From: Candidatus Methylomirabilota bacterium
GTDB taxonomy: Bacteria > Methylomirabilota > Methylomirabilia > Rokubacteriales > CSP1-6
NCBI GenBank assembly: GCA_036397135.1
Contig: DASWJN010000144.1
Coordinates: 266 to 64,265, forward strand
Reading direction: 5' to 3'
Length of the DNA stretch: 64,000 nucleotides
In this document: piece after piece, positions 8,828 to 18,391 of the stretch
How positions within the stretch are numbered: position 1 is the stretch's first letter
Layout: the number at the start of each line of letters is the position of its first letter
Made by a program: the position numbers and the translations under genes
Notes under the pieces: generated by a model
Databases searched by the model: none
Told to the model about the DNA's origin: nothing
What the model saw: only the letters and a program-made list of their open reading frames with translations

Positions 8828-9756
8828 GCGTCGTCACGGTCGGGGCGGCGCAGCTGGGGCCGATCGCGCGGGGCGAGGGGCGCGGCGAGGTCGTCAAGCG
8901 GCTCGTCTCGCTCCTGCACGAGGCGAAGGGGCGCGGCTGCGACCTGGTCGTCTTCCCCGAGCTGGCGCTGACGACCTTCTTCCCGCGCTGGGCGATGACG
9001 GACCAGGTCCAGATCGACGCGTTCTTCGAGCGGGAGATGCCGGGGCCGGAGACCCGGCCGCTGTTCGAGGAGGCCCGCCGGCTCGGTCTGGCCTTCTGTC
9101 TCGGGTACGCCGAGCTGGCCCAGGAGGCGGGCGTCACCCGTCGCTACAACACGGCGATCCTCGTCGACCGCGACGGCCATCTGGTGGGCAAGTACCGCAA
9201 GATCCACCTGCCCGGCCACGCCGAGTTCGAGCCGTGGCGGCCGTTCCAGCACCTCGAGAAACGGTACTTCGACGTGGGCAACCTCGGCTTCGGGGTCTGG
9301 CGCATGCTGGGCGGGCTGATCGGGATGTGCATCTGCAACGACCGCCGCTGGCCCGAGACCTATCGTGTCATGGGCCTGCAGGGTGTGGAAATGGTGCTGC
9401 TCGGCTACAACACGCCCGTGCACAACCCGCCGGCGCCCGAGCACGACCCGCTGGCCAACTTCCACAACCAGCTCGTCATGCAGGCCGGCGCCTACCAGAA
9501 CGCCACCTGGGTGATCGGCGTGGCCAAGTGCGGGCGCGAGGAGGGCGTGGACCAGATCGGCCAGAGCCAGATCATCGCGCCCTCCGGCGAGACGGTGGCC
9601 ATGGCCGCGACGCTCGGCGATGAGCTGATCGTCGCGCGCTGCGACCTGGGCCTGTGCCGCTCGTACAAGACCACGGTCTTCGACTTCGCCCGGCATCGCC
9701 GGCCCGAGCACTACCAGCTCATCACCGAGCGAACGGGCGCCATCCCGCCCGCGTAG
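8824..9756 (+). CDS. N-carbamoyl-D-amino-acid hydrolase (carbon-nitrogen hydrolase family)
   Basis: GTG 8824 overlaps the upstream stop (GTGA). Near-colinear with the Agrobacterium D-carbamoylase as I remember it: FPELALTTFFPRW, YRKIHLPGH.E.E..RPFQHLEKRYF, CNDRRWPE..RVMGL.G.E, YNTP.HNPP.P.HD. Confidence 0.85.
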   Translation: MSVVTVGAAQLGPIARGEGRGEVVKRLVSLLHEAKGRGCDLVVFPELALTTFFPRWAMTDQVQIDAFFEREMPGPETRPLFEEARRLGLAFCLGYAELAQEAGVTRRYNTAILVDRDGHLVGKYRKIHLPGHAEFEPWRPFQHLEKRYFDVGNLGFGVWRMLGGLIGMCICNDRRWPETYRVMGLQGVEMVLLGYNTPVHNPPAPEHDPLANFHNQLVMQAGAYQNATWVIGVAKCGREEGVDQIGQSQIIAPSGETVAMAATLGDELIVARCDLGLCRSYKTTVFDFARHRRPEHYQLITERTGAIPPA

Positions 9757-9777
9757 CGCGGGCGGCGCCCCGGCCCG

Positions 9778-10541
9778 GTGGGCCCGTCGATCGACGCGAG
9801 CGAGCTGCCGGATCCGGTCGCCCGGCTGTGCGTGACGCTGGGCACGATCGCGGGCGTAAGAGGCCATCACCCTCGGCGGCTCGCGCGCCGCGGAGACGGC
9901 CGACGCGCGCAGCGACTGGGACGTCGGCGTCTACTACCGGGGCACGCTCGACCTCTCGGCGCTGGCCCGCCACGGCGAGGTGCACCCACCCGGCTCGTGG
10001 GGTCGGATCATGAACGGTGGCGCCTGGCTCAGACTCGAGGGCACGAAGGTCGACGTGCTGCTGCGCGATCTCGACGTGGTGTCGCACTGGTCGAGCCAGG
10101 CCCGGCGCGGCGTCTGGGAGCTCGACGCGCTGCTCGGCTACCTGGCCGGCCTGCCGGCGTACAGCCTGATGGCCGAGCTCGCGCTGAGCCGGATCGTCAG
10201 CGGCCGGCTGCCGGAGGCCGGCGACTATCCCGAGGCGCTCTCGCAGTCCGGCGCCCGCCGCTGGCCGCTGCACGCCGGCTTCAGCCTGGCCCACGCGCGC
10301 ATGCGGGCGGAGAGCGGGGCGACGTCATCGGCACCCTCGGGCAGGCGGCCAGGGCGGTCGTCGAGCACGCTCACGGACTGGTGTGCCAGCGCCGGCAGTG
10401 GGTCCTGAACGAGAAGAAGCTCGTGGAGCAGGCCGGGCTGCAGGACCTGCACGCCCGGTTCGCCGCCGTGCCCGTCTCGCCCCCGACCTCGTCGCCTGGG
10501 TCGAGGGGCTCTGTGCGGCTATCGGCCAGGGCCGATCGTGA
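9778..10541 (+). pseudogene. nucleotidyltransferase-domain protein, disrupted by about three frameshifts
   Basis: Three plus-strand frames must be spliced to read ELPDPVARLCVTLGTIAGV / EAITLGGSRAAETADARSDWDVGVYYRG...ARMRAE / RGDVIGTLGQAARAVVEHAHGLVCQRRQWVLNEKKLVEQAG...FAAVP / DLVAWVEGLCAAIGQGRS*. An in-frame TAA sits at about 9857. G-S...D-x-D NTase motif present. Confidence 0.55.
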
Positions 10542-10571
10542 GCCCCAGCGGGCGGCCGAGGGCCTGCGCCG

Positions 10572-11555
10572 TCATGACGCACTGTGCACGGTGTCGACTA
10601 CCGCAGCCAGGTGGGCAGCGGGCACGTCGAGCGGCACGACACAGCCGGGGCCGACGATGACGCCGACACCGGCGGTCTGGCGGAGCGCGTCGCGGACCTC
10701 CGCCACGATCGCCGTGACCGGACCTCGCCGCAGCGTCGTGCTCTCCCCCAGCCCGCCCACGACGGCGCCACCGAACCGCCGCTGGCCCTCGCCGAGCGCC
10801 GGCGCCGTCAGGCGGTCGTGCCAGTTGACGGCCTCCACGGGCAGCGCCGCCAGCTGGTCGAAATAGATGTCCCGGCCGTGGATGTGCAGGAGCGTCAGCG
10901 CCGCGACGCCCCGCACGGCCTCCAGCACGCGCCGCGCGTAGGGCGCTCCCCAGCGCGCGTTCTCCTCGGCGGTCACGAACTCCGGCGTCCCGGTCTGGGT
11001 CGCGAAGAACAGGCCGTCGGCGCCGGCCTCGAGCGCCGTGCGCGCGTAACGGATCATGGTCTCGGTGATCGCCTCCAGGGCCGGGCGCACCACCGCCTCG
11101 TCGGCGCGCAAGTCGTCCCGCACCCGGTCGCCGGCCAGCTTGCGTGCGATGGTCAGGGGCGAGAACAACGTGTGGAGGATCGGCGCATCGTCGACCCGGC
11201 CCCTGCGGATCAGGCGCACCGCCTCCAGCTCGCGCCCGAGCGCGCCGGCGCCGGGGTCGAGCGGTCCGATGCGCGCCCAGTCGTCCCGGGTCCTGACGGC
11301 GTGCTCGGTGCACTGCTTGGCCCCGAACGGTGAGCCGGCATAGGCCACCCGGCAGCCCCAGTCCTCGACGCAGTAGACGCCGCTGGACATCACCTTGACG
11401 AGGTCGAGGTCCCAGCGGCGGTGGAAGTCGAGCATCGCGGCGGCCAGACCGTCGGCGGTGTGGTCCACGTCGGGCACGTGGCGCCAGAACGCCACGGGCG
11501 GCCGGTCGACGGGGCGGCGGGCGACGGCGGCGAGCACGCGTTCACGCTTGGTCAT
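10572..11555 (-). CDS. uroporphyrinogen decarboxylase (URO-D) family protein
   Basis: 327-aa ORF MTKRERVLAAVARRPVDRPPVAFWRH...DLVKVMS...GADGLFFATQ, typical of URO-D/MtaA-like family members. Confidence 0.7.
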   Translation of the reverse strand: MTKRERVLAAVARRPVDRPPVAFWRHVPDVDHTADGLAAAMLDFHRRWDLDLVKVMSSGVYCVEDWGCRVAYAGSPFGAKQCTEHAVRTRDDWARIGPLDPGAGALGRELEAVRLIRRGRVDDAPILHTLFSPLTIARKLAGDRVRDDLRADEAVVRPALEAITETMIRYARTALEAGADGLFFATQTGTPEFVTAEENARWGAPYARRVLEAVRGVAALTLLHIHGRDIYFDQLAALPVEAVNWHDRLTAPALGEGQRRFGGAVVGGLGESTTLRRGPVTAIVAEVRDALRQTAGVGVIVGPGCVVPLDVPAAHLAAVVDTVHSAS

Positions 11556-11567
11556 GGCTCGATCCTC

Positions 11568-12473
11568 CTAGCTGCTCGCCGTGCGGGGGTCGAGGACGTC
11601 GCGCAGGGCGTCGCCGACCAGGTTGAGGGCCAGGACGATCGCGAAGATCGCCAGACCGGGCAGCAGGGCCACGTGCGGGCTGAGGATGACGAACTGCCGG
11701 CCGGTCGCCAGCATGCTGCCCCAGTCGGCGGTGGGCGGCTGGGTGCCGAGGCCCAGGAACGACAGGCCGGCGGTGATCAGGATCTTGCCGCCCACGTCGA
11801 GGCTGAAGGCCACGACCACCGGCGAGACGAGGTGCGGCAGGACGTGGCGGCCGAGCAGGACGGCGTCGCCGGCCCCCAGCGCGCGCGCCGCCTCGACGAA
11901 CTCGCGCTCCCGCAGGGAGAGCACGATCCCGCGCACGAGGCGCGTGTAGATCGGGAAGCCGACGATCGCGATGGCGATCATCGCGTTGCGCAGGCCGGGG
12001 CCGAGGCCGGCCACCAGCGCGATGGCGAGCAGGACGTAGGGGAAGGCCATGAGGATGTCGGTCAGCCGCATGACGACGTTCTCGACCCAGCCGGAGTAAA
12101 AGCCGCCGAGGACCCCGAGCAGCACGCCGATCACCATCGCCGCCCCGGCCGTCACCACGCCGGCCAGCAGCGAGACGCGGGCGCCCCATACCAGCCGGGC
12201 GAGCAGGTCGCGGCCGAACTCGTCGGTGCCGAGGAGATGCCCCGGGGTCAAGGGCGGCTGCAGCCGCTTGGTCGTGTCGACCACGTCGGGGTCGAGCAGC
12301 GGCAGCCAGGGGGCCAGCCCGGCCGCGAGCAGCGCCGCCAGCAGCCCGAGCGCCGCCGCCACCGCGAGCCGGTTGCGCCGAGCCGTCCGCGCGAGGGCGC
12401 GCGCCAGCGTGGCGCCCTCGGGCGCCCGGGCCAGGGCGGGGGCGCTGCCCACGTCCTCGACCCGGACGCTCAT
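11568..12473 (-). CDS. ABC transporter permease (DppC/OppC type)
   Basis: 301-aa ORF with multiple TM segments and the BPD_transp_1 EAA-like loop (EFVEAARALGAGDAVLLGRHVLPH). Confidence 0.85.
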   Translation of the reverse strand: MSVRVEDVGSAPALARAPEGATLARALARTARRNRLAVAAALGLLAALLAAGLAPWLPLLDPDVVDTTKRLQPPLTPGHLLGTDEFGRDLLARLVWGARVSLLAGVVTAGAAMVIGVLLGVLGGFYSGWVENVVMRLTDILMAFPYVLLAIALVAGLGPGLRNAMIAIAIVGFPIYTRLVRGIVLSLREREFVEAARALGAGDAVLLGRHVLPHLVSPVVVAFSLDVGGKILITAGLSFLGLGTQPPTADWGSMLATGRQFVILSPHVALLPGLAIFAIVLALNLVGDALRDVLDPRTASS

Positions 12474-12477
12474 GCGC

Positions 12478-13428
12478 TCACTCGTAGCGGATGCGCGGGT
12501 CGACCCACGCGTAGAGGAGGTCGACCGCGAGGTTGACGAGGACGAAGCTGAGCGCCACCACGAGCACGCAGCCCTGCACCAGCGGGAAGTCGCGGGCCAG
12601 GATGCCCTGGACCATCAGCGTGCCGACGCCCGGCCACGCGAACACCGTCTCGGTCAGGACGGCGCCGCCCAGCAGGTAACCGGCCTGCACGCCGATCACC
12701 GTGATGATCGGGATCATGGCGTTCTTGAGGCCGTGGCGCAGCACGACCCGGCGCTCGACCACGCCCTTGGCGCGCGCCGTGCGGATGTAGTCCTGCCCGA
12801 GCGTCTCCAGCATGGTGGCCCGCGTGAGCCGCGCGATGATCGTGACCGAGGCCGCCGCCAGCGTCACCGCCGGCAGCGCCAGGTGCGCCAGCAGGTCGCG
12901 GAGATCGCCGCCGCCGTAGGGCGCGTACATCCCCGAGGCCGGCAGCCAGCCGAGCCACAGGGCGAAGACGACCATCAGCACGATCCCCAGCCAGAAGGAC
13001 GGCATGCTGGCCCCGAACAGCGAGGCCATCGCGCTGACCCGGTCGAGGAGCGAGTTGGGCCGGGTGGCCGAGGCCACGCCGAGGGCGATCCCGAGCGTGG
13101 TCGACAGCAGCAGCGCAGTGCCGGTGAGGATCAGTGTGGCCTGCAGGCGGCCCAGCACCTCGCCGAGCACCGGCCGTCGCATGAACAGCGAGCGGCCGAG
13201 GTCGCCGCGGACCACGTGACCGAGCCAGCGCACGTACTGCACGTGCAGCGGCTGGTCCAGCCCGAGATCGGCGCGCAGGCGCGTCCGGTCCTCCTCGGTG
13301 GCCTGGGTACCGAGCATGATCTCCACCGGGTCCCCCGGCGAGAGGTGGAGGACCATGAAGACGATGACCGACACCCCCGCCAGCACCGGCACCAGCAGCA
13401 GGAGCCGGCGGGCGACGTACCGCTTCAC
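12478..13428 (-). CDS. ABC transporter permease (DppB/OppB type)
   Basis: 316-aa ORF MKRYVARRLLLLVPVLAGVSVIVFMVLHLSPGDPV...YIRTARAKGVVERRVVLRHGLKNAMIP, the classic DppB pattern. Confidence 0.85.
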   Translation of the reverse strand: MKRYVARRLLLLVPVLAGVSVIVFMVLHLSPGDPVEIMLGTQATEEDRTRLRADLGLDQPLHVQYVRWLGHVVRGDLGRSLFMRRPVLGEVLGRLQATLILTGTALLLSTTLGIALGVASATRPNSLLDRVSAMASLFGASMPSFWLGIVLMVVFALWLGWLPASGMYAPYGGGDLRDLLAHLALPAVTLAAASVTIIARLTRATMLETLGQDYIRTARAKGVVERRVVLRHGLKNAMIPIITVIGVQAGYLLGGAVLTETVFAWPGVGTLMVQGILARDFPLVQGCVLVVALSFVLVNLAVDLLYAWVDPRIRYE

Positions 13429-13429
13429 C

Positions 13430-14995
13430 TCAGCGCGTCAGCGAGATGGTCTCGACGCGGAGATCGAAGCTCGGGTGCAGCTTGAACCCCTGCACGCGCT
13501 TGGCATGGGCGGCCGTCTGGATCTCGTGGTCGATGAAGATCCACGGCGGGTCGTCGTGCATGATGCGCTGGGCCTGGCGATAGAGCTCGGCCCGCTTCTT
13601 CTCGTCGGTCGTCAGCCGCGCCTGGTGCAACAGCTCGTCGAACCTGTCGTTCTTGTACATCGCGCGATTGGGACCGCCCGGCGTCCACTGGCTGGAGTGC
13701 AGCAGCGGGTACATCACCATGTCGGGGTCCTCGTTGCCCGCCATCCAGGAGAGCGCGAACAGCTCCTGCTCCTTGGAGCGCAGCCTGGCGATAAAGGCCC
13801 CCCACTCGAAGGTCTGCAGCGCCACGTTGATGCCCACCGCCTTGAGGTTCGACTGGATGACCGTGGACATCGCCACCGGCGACTGCATCCCCGAGCCCGA
13901 CTCCGGCACCCACAGTGTCGTGGAGAAGCCGTTCGGGAAGCCGGCCTCGGCCAGCAACGCCTTCGCCCGGGCGGGATCGTAGGGATAGGGCTTGAGCCCG
14001 GCGTCGGCGCCCCAGGTGCCGGGCAGCACGGGCCCGGCCGACATCGAGCCGGTGCCCTTGAGCACGTCGCGGACGATCGCCTCCTTGTTGACGGCATAGT
14101 TCATCGCCTGGCGCACGCGCTTGTCGCCGAGCGGCTTCTTCTGGTTGTTGATGCCCAGGTACCAGACGTGGGCGCCCACCTGCTTGAGCATGGTGACGTT
14201 GGGATTCTTCTCGAGCTGGGCCACGAAGTCCGGCGGCGTACCCACCATGAGGTCGAGGTTGCCGGTCATGAGCTCGGTGAGCCGGGCCTGATCCTCGACG
14301 ATCGGCCGGTAGATCACCCGGTCGATCTTCACCGGGAACTTCCAGTAGCCGGGGTTCTTCTCCAGCACGACGCGCTGGCCGCGATCCCACGACACGTACT
14401 TGAAGGGGCCGGTGCCGACCGGGGTGAGCGCGTAGTCGGCGCCGAACTTCTTCACCGCGGTCGGGCTCACGATGGACGCCGCGCCGGCCGTGAGGATCGT
14501 GACGAACGAGGCGCGCGGCTCCTTGAGGACGAACTCGACCGTCAGCGGGTCGACCACCTCGACGGCCTTGACGTTGCCGAAGAAGTAGTTCGCGAAGGGG
14601 TACTTGCCGAGCTTGTTGAACGGGTGCTCGGGCATGATCTGCCGCTCGATCGAGAACTTCACCGCCTCGGCGTCGAGCGGGGTGCCGTCGTGGAAGCTCA
14701 CGCCCTTGCGCAGCTTGAACGTGTAGCGCAGGCCGTCCCTGGACACCGTCCACGACTCGGCCAGCCCCGGCACGACCTGGGTGCTCTCGTCGGGGAAGGT
14801 GACCAGCGTCTCGGCGATGCGCCGGCCGACGCGGTTGGAGTTGAGGTCGGTCACCTGGGCGGGATCGAGGTTCACCGGCTCGGCGACGAGACCGACGACG
14901 AGCGTGCCCGCCGGCTGGGCGGCGGCCCGCATCGGGGTTGCGCCGATCCCGAGGATCACGGTCAGGAGTACGAGCCACGCGGTGGTGACGATCAT
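13430..14995 (-). CDS. ABC transporter substrate-binding protein, family 5
   Basis: 521-aa ORF with signal peptide. GTLVVGLVAEPVNLDPAQ, YTFKLRKGVSFHDGTPLDAEAVKFS. Confidence 0.85.
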   Translation of the reverse strand: MIVTTAWLVLLTVILGIGATPMRAAAQPAGTLVVGLVAEPVNLDPAQVTDLNSNRVGRRIAETLVTFPDESTQVVPGLAESWTVSRDGLRYTFKLRKGVSFHDGTPLDAEAVKFSIERQIMPEHPFNKLGKYPFANYFFGNVKAVEVVDPLTVEFVLKEPRASFVTILTAGAASIVSPTAVKKFGADYALTPVGTGPFKYVSWDRGQRVVLEKNPGYWKFPVKIDRVIYRPIVEDQARLTELMTGNLDLMVGTPPDFVAQLEKNPNVTMLKQVGAHVWYLGINNQKKPLGDKRVRQAMNYAVNKEAIVRDVLKGTGSMSAGPVLPGTWGADAGLKPYPYDPARAKALLAEAGFPNGFSTTLWVPESGSGMQSPVAMSTVIQSNLKAVGINVALQTFEWGAFIARLRSKEQELFALSWMAGNEDPDMVMYPLLHSSQWTPGGPNRAMYKNDRFDELLHQARLTTDEKKRAELYRQAQRIMHDDPPWIFIDHEIQTAAHAKRVQGFKLHPSFDLRVETISLTR

Positions 14996-15041
14996 CGGGG
15001 GCCTCCGTCGGTCAGGGTCTCGGGTTCACGACGCCAGGAGT

Positions 15042-16202
15042 TTAGCCCCAGAGCCGCCCGCTCGCCAGCGCGGCGCCCTCGGCGAGGGCGCGCAGCTTCG
15101 CCCACACGACGCTGGGGGCCACCATCTCGGAGCCGGCAAACGTCCCGAAGCCGCAGTCGGTCGAGGCGATGACGCGCTCCCGCGCCCCGACGGCAGCAAC
15201 CACCCGGGTGATCCGGTCGGCCACGACCTCGGGGTGCTCGACGTAGTTGGTGGTGGTGTCGATCACCCCCGGCAGCACCAGCATGGGCGCCGGCGGGGGC
15301 AGCCGTCTGAGCACCTCGACCTCGTGTTGGTGGCGGGGATTGGCCAGCGGCAGCGAGAGGGCGCCGACGCGCGCCCGGTAGATGATCGGCAGGATCGCGT
15401 CGGCCGGGACGTCGTGGGTATGGGGGCCGTCGTAATTCCCCCAGCAGACGTGCAGCCGGACGCGTTCGGGCGGGATCCCGGCGATGGCCTGGTTGATGGC
15501 ATCGACGTGCAGCTCGACCGCCGCCAGGAAGCGGTCCAGCGGCTGGTCGGCGAAGAACCGGGCCCGCTCCATGGCGAGGTCCGGGCAGTCGAGCTGGAGC
15601 ACGAACCCGCGCTGGTGGATCAGCGCGTACTCCTTCTTCAGCTCGCGCGCCAGGGCGCCGATGTAGCGCTCGTGCGACTCGTAGTGCGCATTGAGCAGGA
15701 TCGTGGCGGCCGTGCCCGGCGACACCGCGGTCATGAAGGGCTCGGCGAACCGCTTCGGCAGCGCCGCCGCAGTCCGGAGGAAGAGATCGCACTCGCGCTC
15801 GGCCTCGCCCAGGTCGGCGTACTCGATCTCGCCCACCGCCTGGGGCGCGTTGGCGATCCGGGCGGCGGATCGGCGTCGCCGCGCGAGCATCTCCCCGTAG
15901 TCAGGGTGCTCTTCGAGGTCGCGGGCCAGCGGCCGCCGGCTCTCGCCGCCGAACCCCCGCATCCGCCGCGCCACGTAGGTGGAGAAGCCGGCGCGCGGCT
16001 GCTCGCCGTCGTTGCCGACGTCCACGCCGGCCGCGAGCTGTTCCTCGACGACGTGGCGGACGGCCGCCTCCGCCTGGCGCGCCAGCTCCCGCTCGTCGAC
16101 GGCCTCGCCGGCGTCGTGGCGGACGAGCAGGTCGCGCAGCGCCGGCGGACGGGGGATGCTGCCGACGTGGGTCACGAGAATGCGGTCGTCGCTGCGCTCC
16201 AT
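15042..16202 (-). CDS. cobalamin-independent methionine synthase-like (MetE C-terminal domain family) protein
   Basis: 386-aa ORF RILVTHVGSIPRPPAL...GVDVGNDGEQPR...LHVCWGNY, resembling the methionine synthase II family. Confidence 0.7.
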   Translation of the reverse strand: MERSDDRILVTHVGSIPRPPALRDLLVRHDAGEAVDERELARQAEAAVRHVVEEQLAAGVDVGNDGEQPRAGFSTYVARRMRGFGGESRRPLARDLEEHPDYGEMLARRRRSAARIANAPQAVGEIEYADLGEAERECDLFLRTAAALPKRFAEPFMTAVSPGTAATILLNAHYESHERYIGALARELKKEYALIHQRGFVLQLDCPDLAMERARFFADQPLDRFLAAVELHVDAINQAIAGIPPERVRLHVCWGNYDGPHTHDVPADAILPIIYRARVGALSLPLANPRHQHEVEVLRRLPPPAPMLVLPGVIDTTTNYVEHPEVVADRITRVVAAVGARERVIASTDCGFGTFAGSEMVAPSVVWAKLRALAEGAALASGRLWG

Positions 16203-16300
16203 AGGCCCCGCACCATAGGGCTCTGATCGAGTATGGTCAAGGCCATGAGCGACACCGGCACCGGATACGGCCGTCCCCGAGCCGACCAGGTGGTCGGGTG

Positions 16301-17281
16301 ATGGACCGGCGAACGTTCGTCGCCGGCGCCGTCGCCACGCTCGCCGCCCCGGTGACTGCCGGCGCGCAGCGGCAGGGAAAGGTTGCCCGTATAGGATTCC
16401 TCGTCATGGCGCGGAATCCCGGGGTCGAAAGCGCCTTTCCACGCGGGCTGGCTGAGCGGGGCTACCTGGAAGGGCGTGACGTCACGATCGAGTGGCGGTC
16501 CGCCGATGGTCGCGGCGACCGGATGGAGACGCTGGCGCGAGAGCTCGTGCGCTTCGGTGTCGACGTCATCGTCGCCGGAGGTCCCGAAGCCCGCATCGCC
16601 GCGATGAAGGCGACCACGACGATCCCGATCGTCGTGGTCGGCGGGAGCGATGCGGTCGCCGAGGGGTGGGCTGCAAGCCTGGCCCGTCCCGGCGGGAACG
16701 TCACGGGCTTGACCGTGACGTACCCGGAAATCCTCGCCAAGAAGCTGGAACTGCTCACCGAGCTGATCTCGGAGCTCTCTCGGGTCGCGGTGATCTGGGA
16801 CCCGGACGCGATCGTACCCCGGGCCCTGGCGGCGCAGACGACAGCCATCCAGACCGCCGCACGCTCGCTGCGTGTCGACATCGACCTCATCGAGGTACGG
16901 CGTCCGGCCGACTTGCACGCCGCCTTCCGCCGAGCGGTCCAGGGCCGGCGGCAGGCAGTCATCGTCAACGAGACGGCGATGGTCTTCGCGCATCGCGCCG
17001 ACATCGCCGAACTGGCGCAGAGGAGCCGGCGTCCCGCTATCGGTCAGTGGCGACCCTCGGCCAGCGCCGGATTCCTGGCCACCTACGGAGCCGATCTCGG
17101 CGATCTCCTCCGGCGGGCCGCCGGCCATGTCGACAAGATCCTCGAGGGCGCGAAGCCGGGTGCTCTACCGGTCGAGCGGCCGACGAAGCTCGAGCTGATC
17201 ATCAACCTTAAGACGGCGAAGCTGCTCGGCCTCACGATTCCCGCCCCGCTGCTGCTGCGGGCGGATCAGGTCATTCAATGA
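16301..17281 (+). CDS. ABC transporter substrate-binding protein (ABC_sub_bind type)
   Basis: ORF 16298..17281. MDRRTFVAGAVATLAAPVTAGAQ signal, then IGFL...GLAERGYLEGRDVTIEWRSADG..DR...LA.ELVR..VDVIV and C-terminal PVERPTKLELIINLKTAKLLGLTIP, the hallmark of this family. Confidence 0.75.
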   Translation: MDRRTFVAGAVATLAAPVTAGAQRQGKVARIGFLVMARNPGVESAFPRGLAERGYLEGRDVTIEWRSADGRGDRMETLARELVRFGVDVIVAGGPEARIAAMKATTTIPIVVVGGSDAVAEGWAASLARPGGNVTGLTVTYPEILAKKLELLTELISELSRVAVIWDPDAIVPRALAAQTTAIQTAARSLRVDIDLIEVRRPADLHAAFRRAVQGRRQAVIVNETAMVFAHRADIAELAQRSRRPAIGQWRPSASAGFLATYGADLGDLLRRAAGHVDKILEGAKPGALPVERPTKLELIINLKTAKLLGLTIPAPLLLRADQVIQ

Positions 17282-17309
17282 GGTGACGCGCGCTAGAATC
17301 GCGGCCACC

Positions 17310-18041
17310 ATGCGGATCGTGTTCTGGAACATCTGCGCGGGCGGCGGGGTGCGCGCCCGGCGGATCGCCGCGCGACTGGCGGCGTGGGCGCCCGACGTCG
17401 CCGCGCTCTGCGAGTTCCGCGGCACGCCGCCCAGCCTCGCCGTCTCCACCGCCCTGGCCCGGCGCGGCCTCCCGCATCAGTGCACGACCGCGACCGGAGC
17501 GGCCAACGGACTGCTGCTCGCCTCCCGCTGGCCGCTGCGCCGGATGCGCGGGCGGGCCGAGCCGGCCGAGCCGGGCCGCTGGCTGCTGGCCGAGGTCGCC
17601 GCGCCGAGCCCGTTCACGGCCGGCGTCATGCACGTGCCCAACCGGGTGACCGGCCGCAAGGACGCGTTCTACGCGGAGGTGCTGGCGATCATCCGCCGCT
17701 GGCGGCGTGGCCCGGCGGTCCTGCTCGGCGACACGAACACGGGCCGGCCGGGCCTCGACGAGGCGGTACCGGTGTTCGGCCCCCGCGAGGTCGCCTGGCT
17801 GGACGCGATCGACCGGCTCGGCTGGGCCGACGCCTTCCGGCTGCTGCGTGGACCCGAGCGCGCCTACACCTGGTACTCGCCGAACGGGCGCAACGGCTTC
17901 CGGCTCGACCAGGCCTTCGTCAACCGCGAGCTGCAGTCACGGCTGAGGGGCATCGTCTACGACTGGGGCGTGCGGCGCCGGGCCGGCCGGGGTCTCGCCC
18001 TGAGCGACCACGCCGCGCTCGTCCTCGACCTCTCCGACTAA
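17310..18041 (+). CDS. endonuclease/exonuclease/phosphatase (EEP) family protein
   Basis: ORF 17283..18041 trimmed to MRIVFWNICAGGG. C-terminal SDHAALVLDL is typical of the EEP fold. Confidence 0.7.
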   Translation: MRIVFWNICAGGGVRARRIAARLAAWAPDVAALCEFRGTPPSLAVSTALARRGLPHQCTTATGAANGLLLASRWPLRRMRGRAEPAEPGRWLLAEVAAPSPFTAGVMHVPNRVTGRKDAFYAEVLAIIRRWRRGPAVLLGDTNTGRPGLDEAVPVFGPREVAWLDAIDRLGWADAFRLLRGPERAYTWYSPNGRNGFRLDQAFVNRELQSRLRGIVYDWGVRRRAGRGLALSDHAALVLDLSD

Positions 18042-18072
18042 TCCGACCTCCTTGAGGGGGGGGAACTTCGGA

Positions 18073-18351
18073 CTAATGAATCTCGTGAAACGTGGTGACG
18101 CCGGGGGCGGGGCACGGGGGCCCTGCGCGCGCCACGTCGATGGCGAGCCGTCGTCGCCGTGGCGAGCGCAGGGCTCGGCGAGCGCGCGATCGGCGATTCG
18201 ACTCACTCCGGGCCAGCCCCCGTCAGGGGGATGGGGGGCTCGCGCTCGCCGAGCCCGGAGCGAGCGTACGGCGACCGGCGAGCCATCCGTGGCGCGCGCG
18301 GGGCTCCCGTGCCCCGCCCCCGGCGTCACCGGATTCCACGAGAGTCATTAG
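18073..18351. repeat. 279-bp imperfect palindromic MITE-like element, copy A
   Basis: The left end ctaatgaatctcgtgaaacgtggtgacgccgggggcggggcacggg matches the reverse complement of the right end (ctaatgactctcgtggaatccggtgacgccgggggcggggcacggg) at 41 of 46 positions. The interior is also largely self-complementary. Non-coding, sits directly after a stop codon. Confidence 0.75.
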
Positions 18352-18391
18352 CGGTATACTCGGGACCCCGACCAGGGAGAAGGAGCCTTCG

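Noticed and set aside
18092-18391. N-terminal 100-codon extension of the amidohydrolase ORF (track start 18092). Similarly, the TTG 20940 start of the acyl-CoA dehydrogenase.
   Set aside because: Both extensions read through the palindromic repeat elements and have no protein-like sequence. Downstream ATGs with good RBS and family-typical N-termini exist (18392, 20946).
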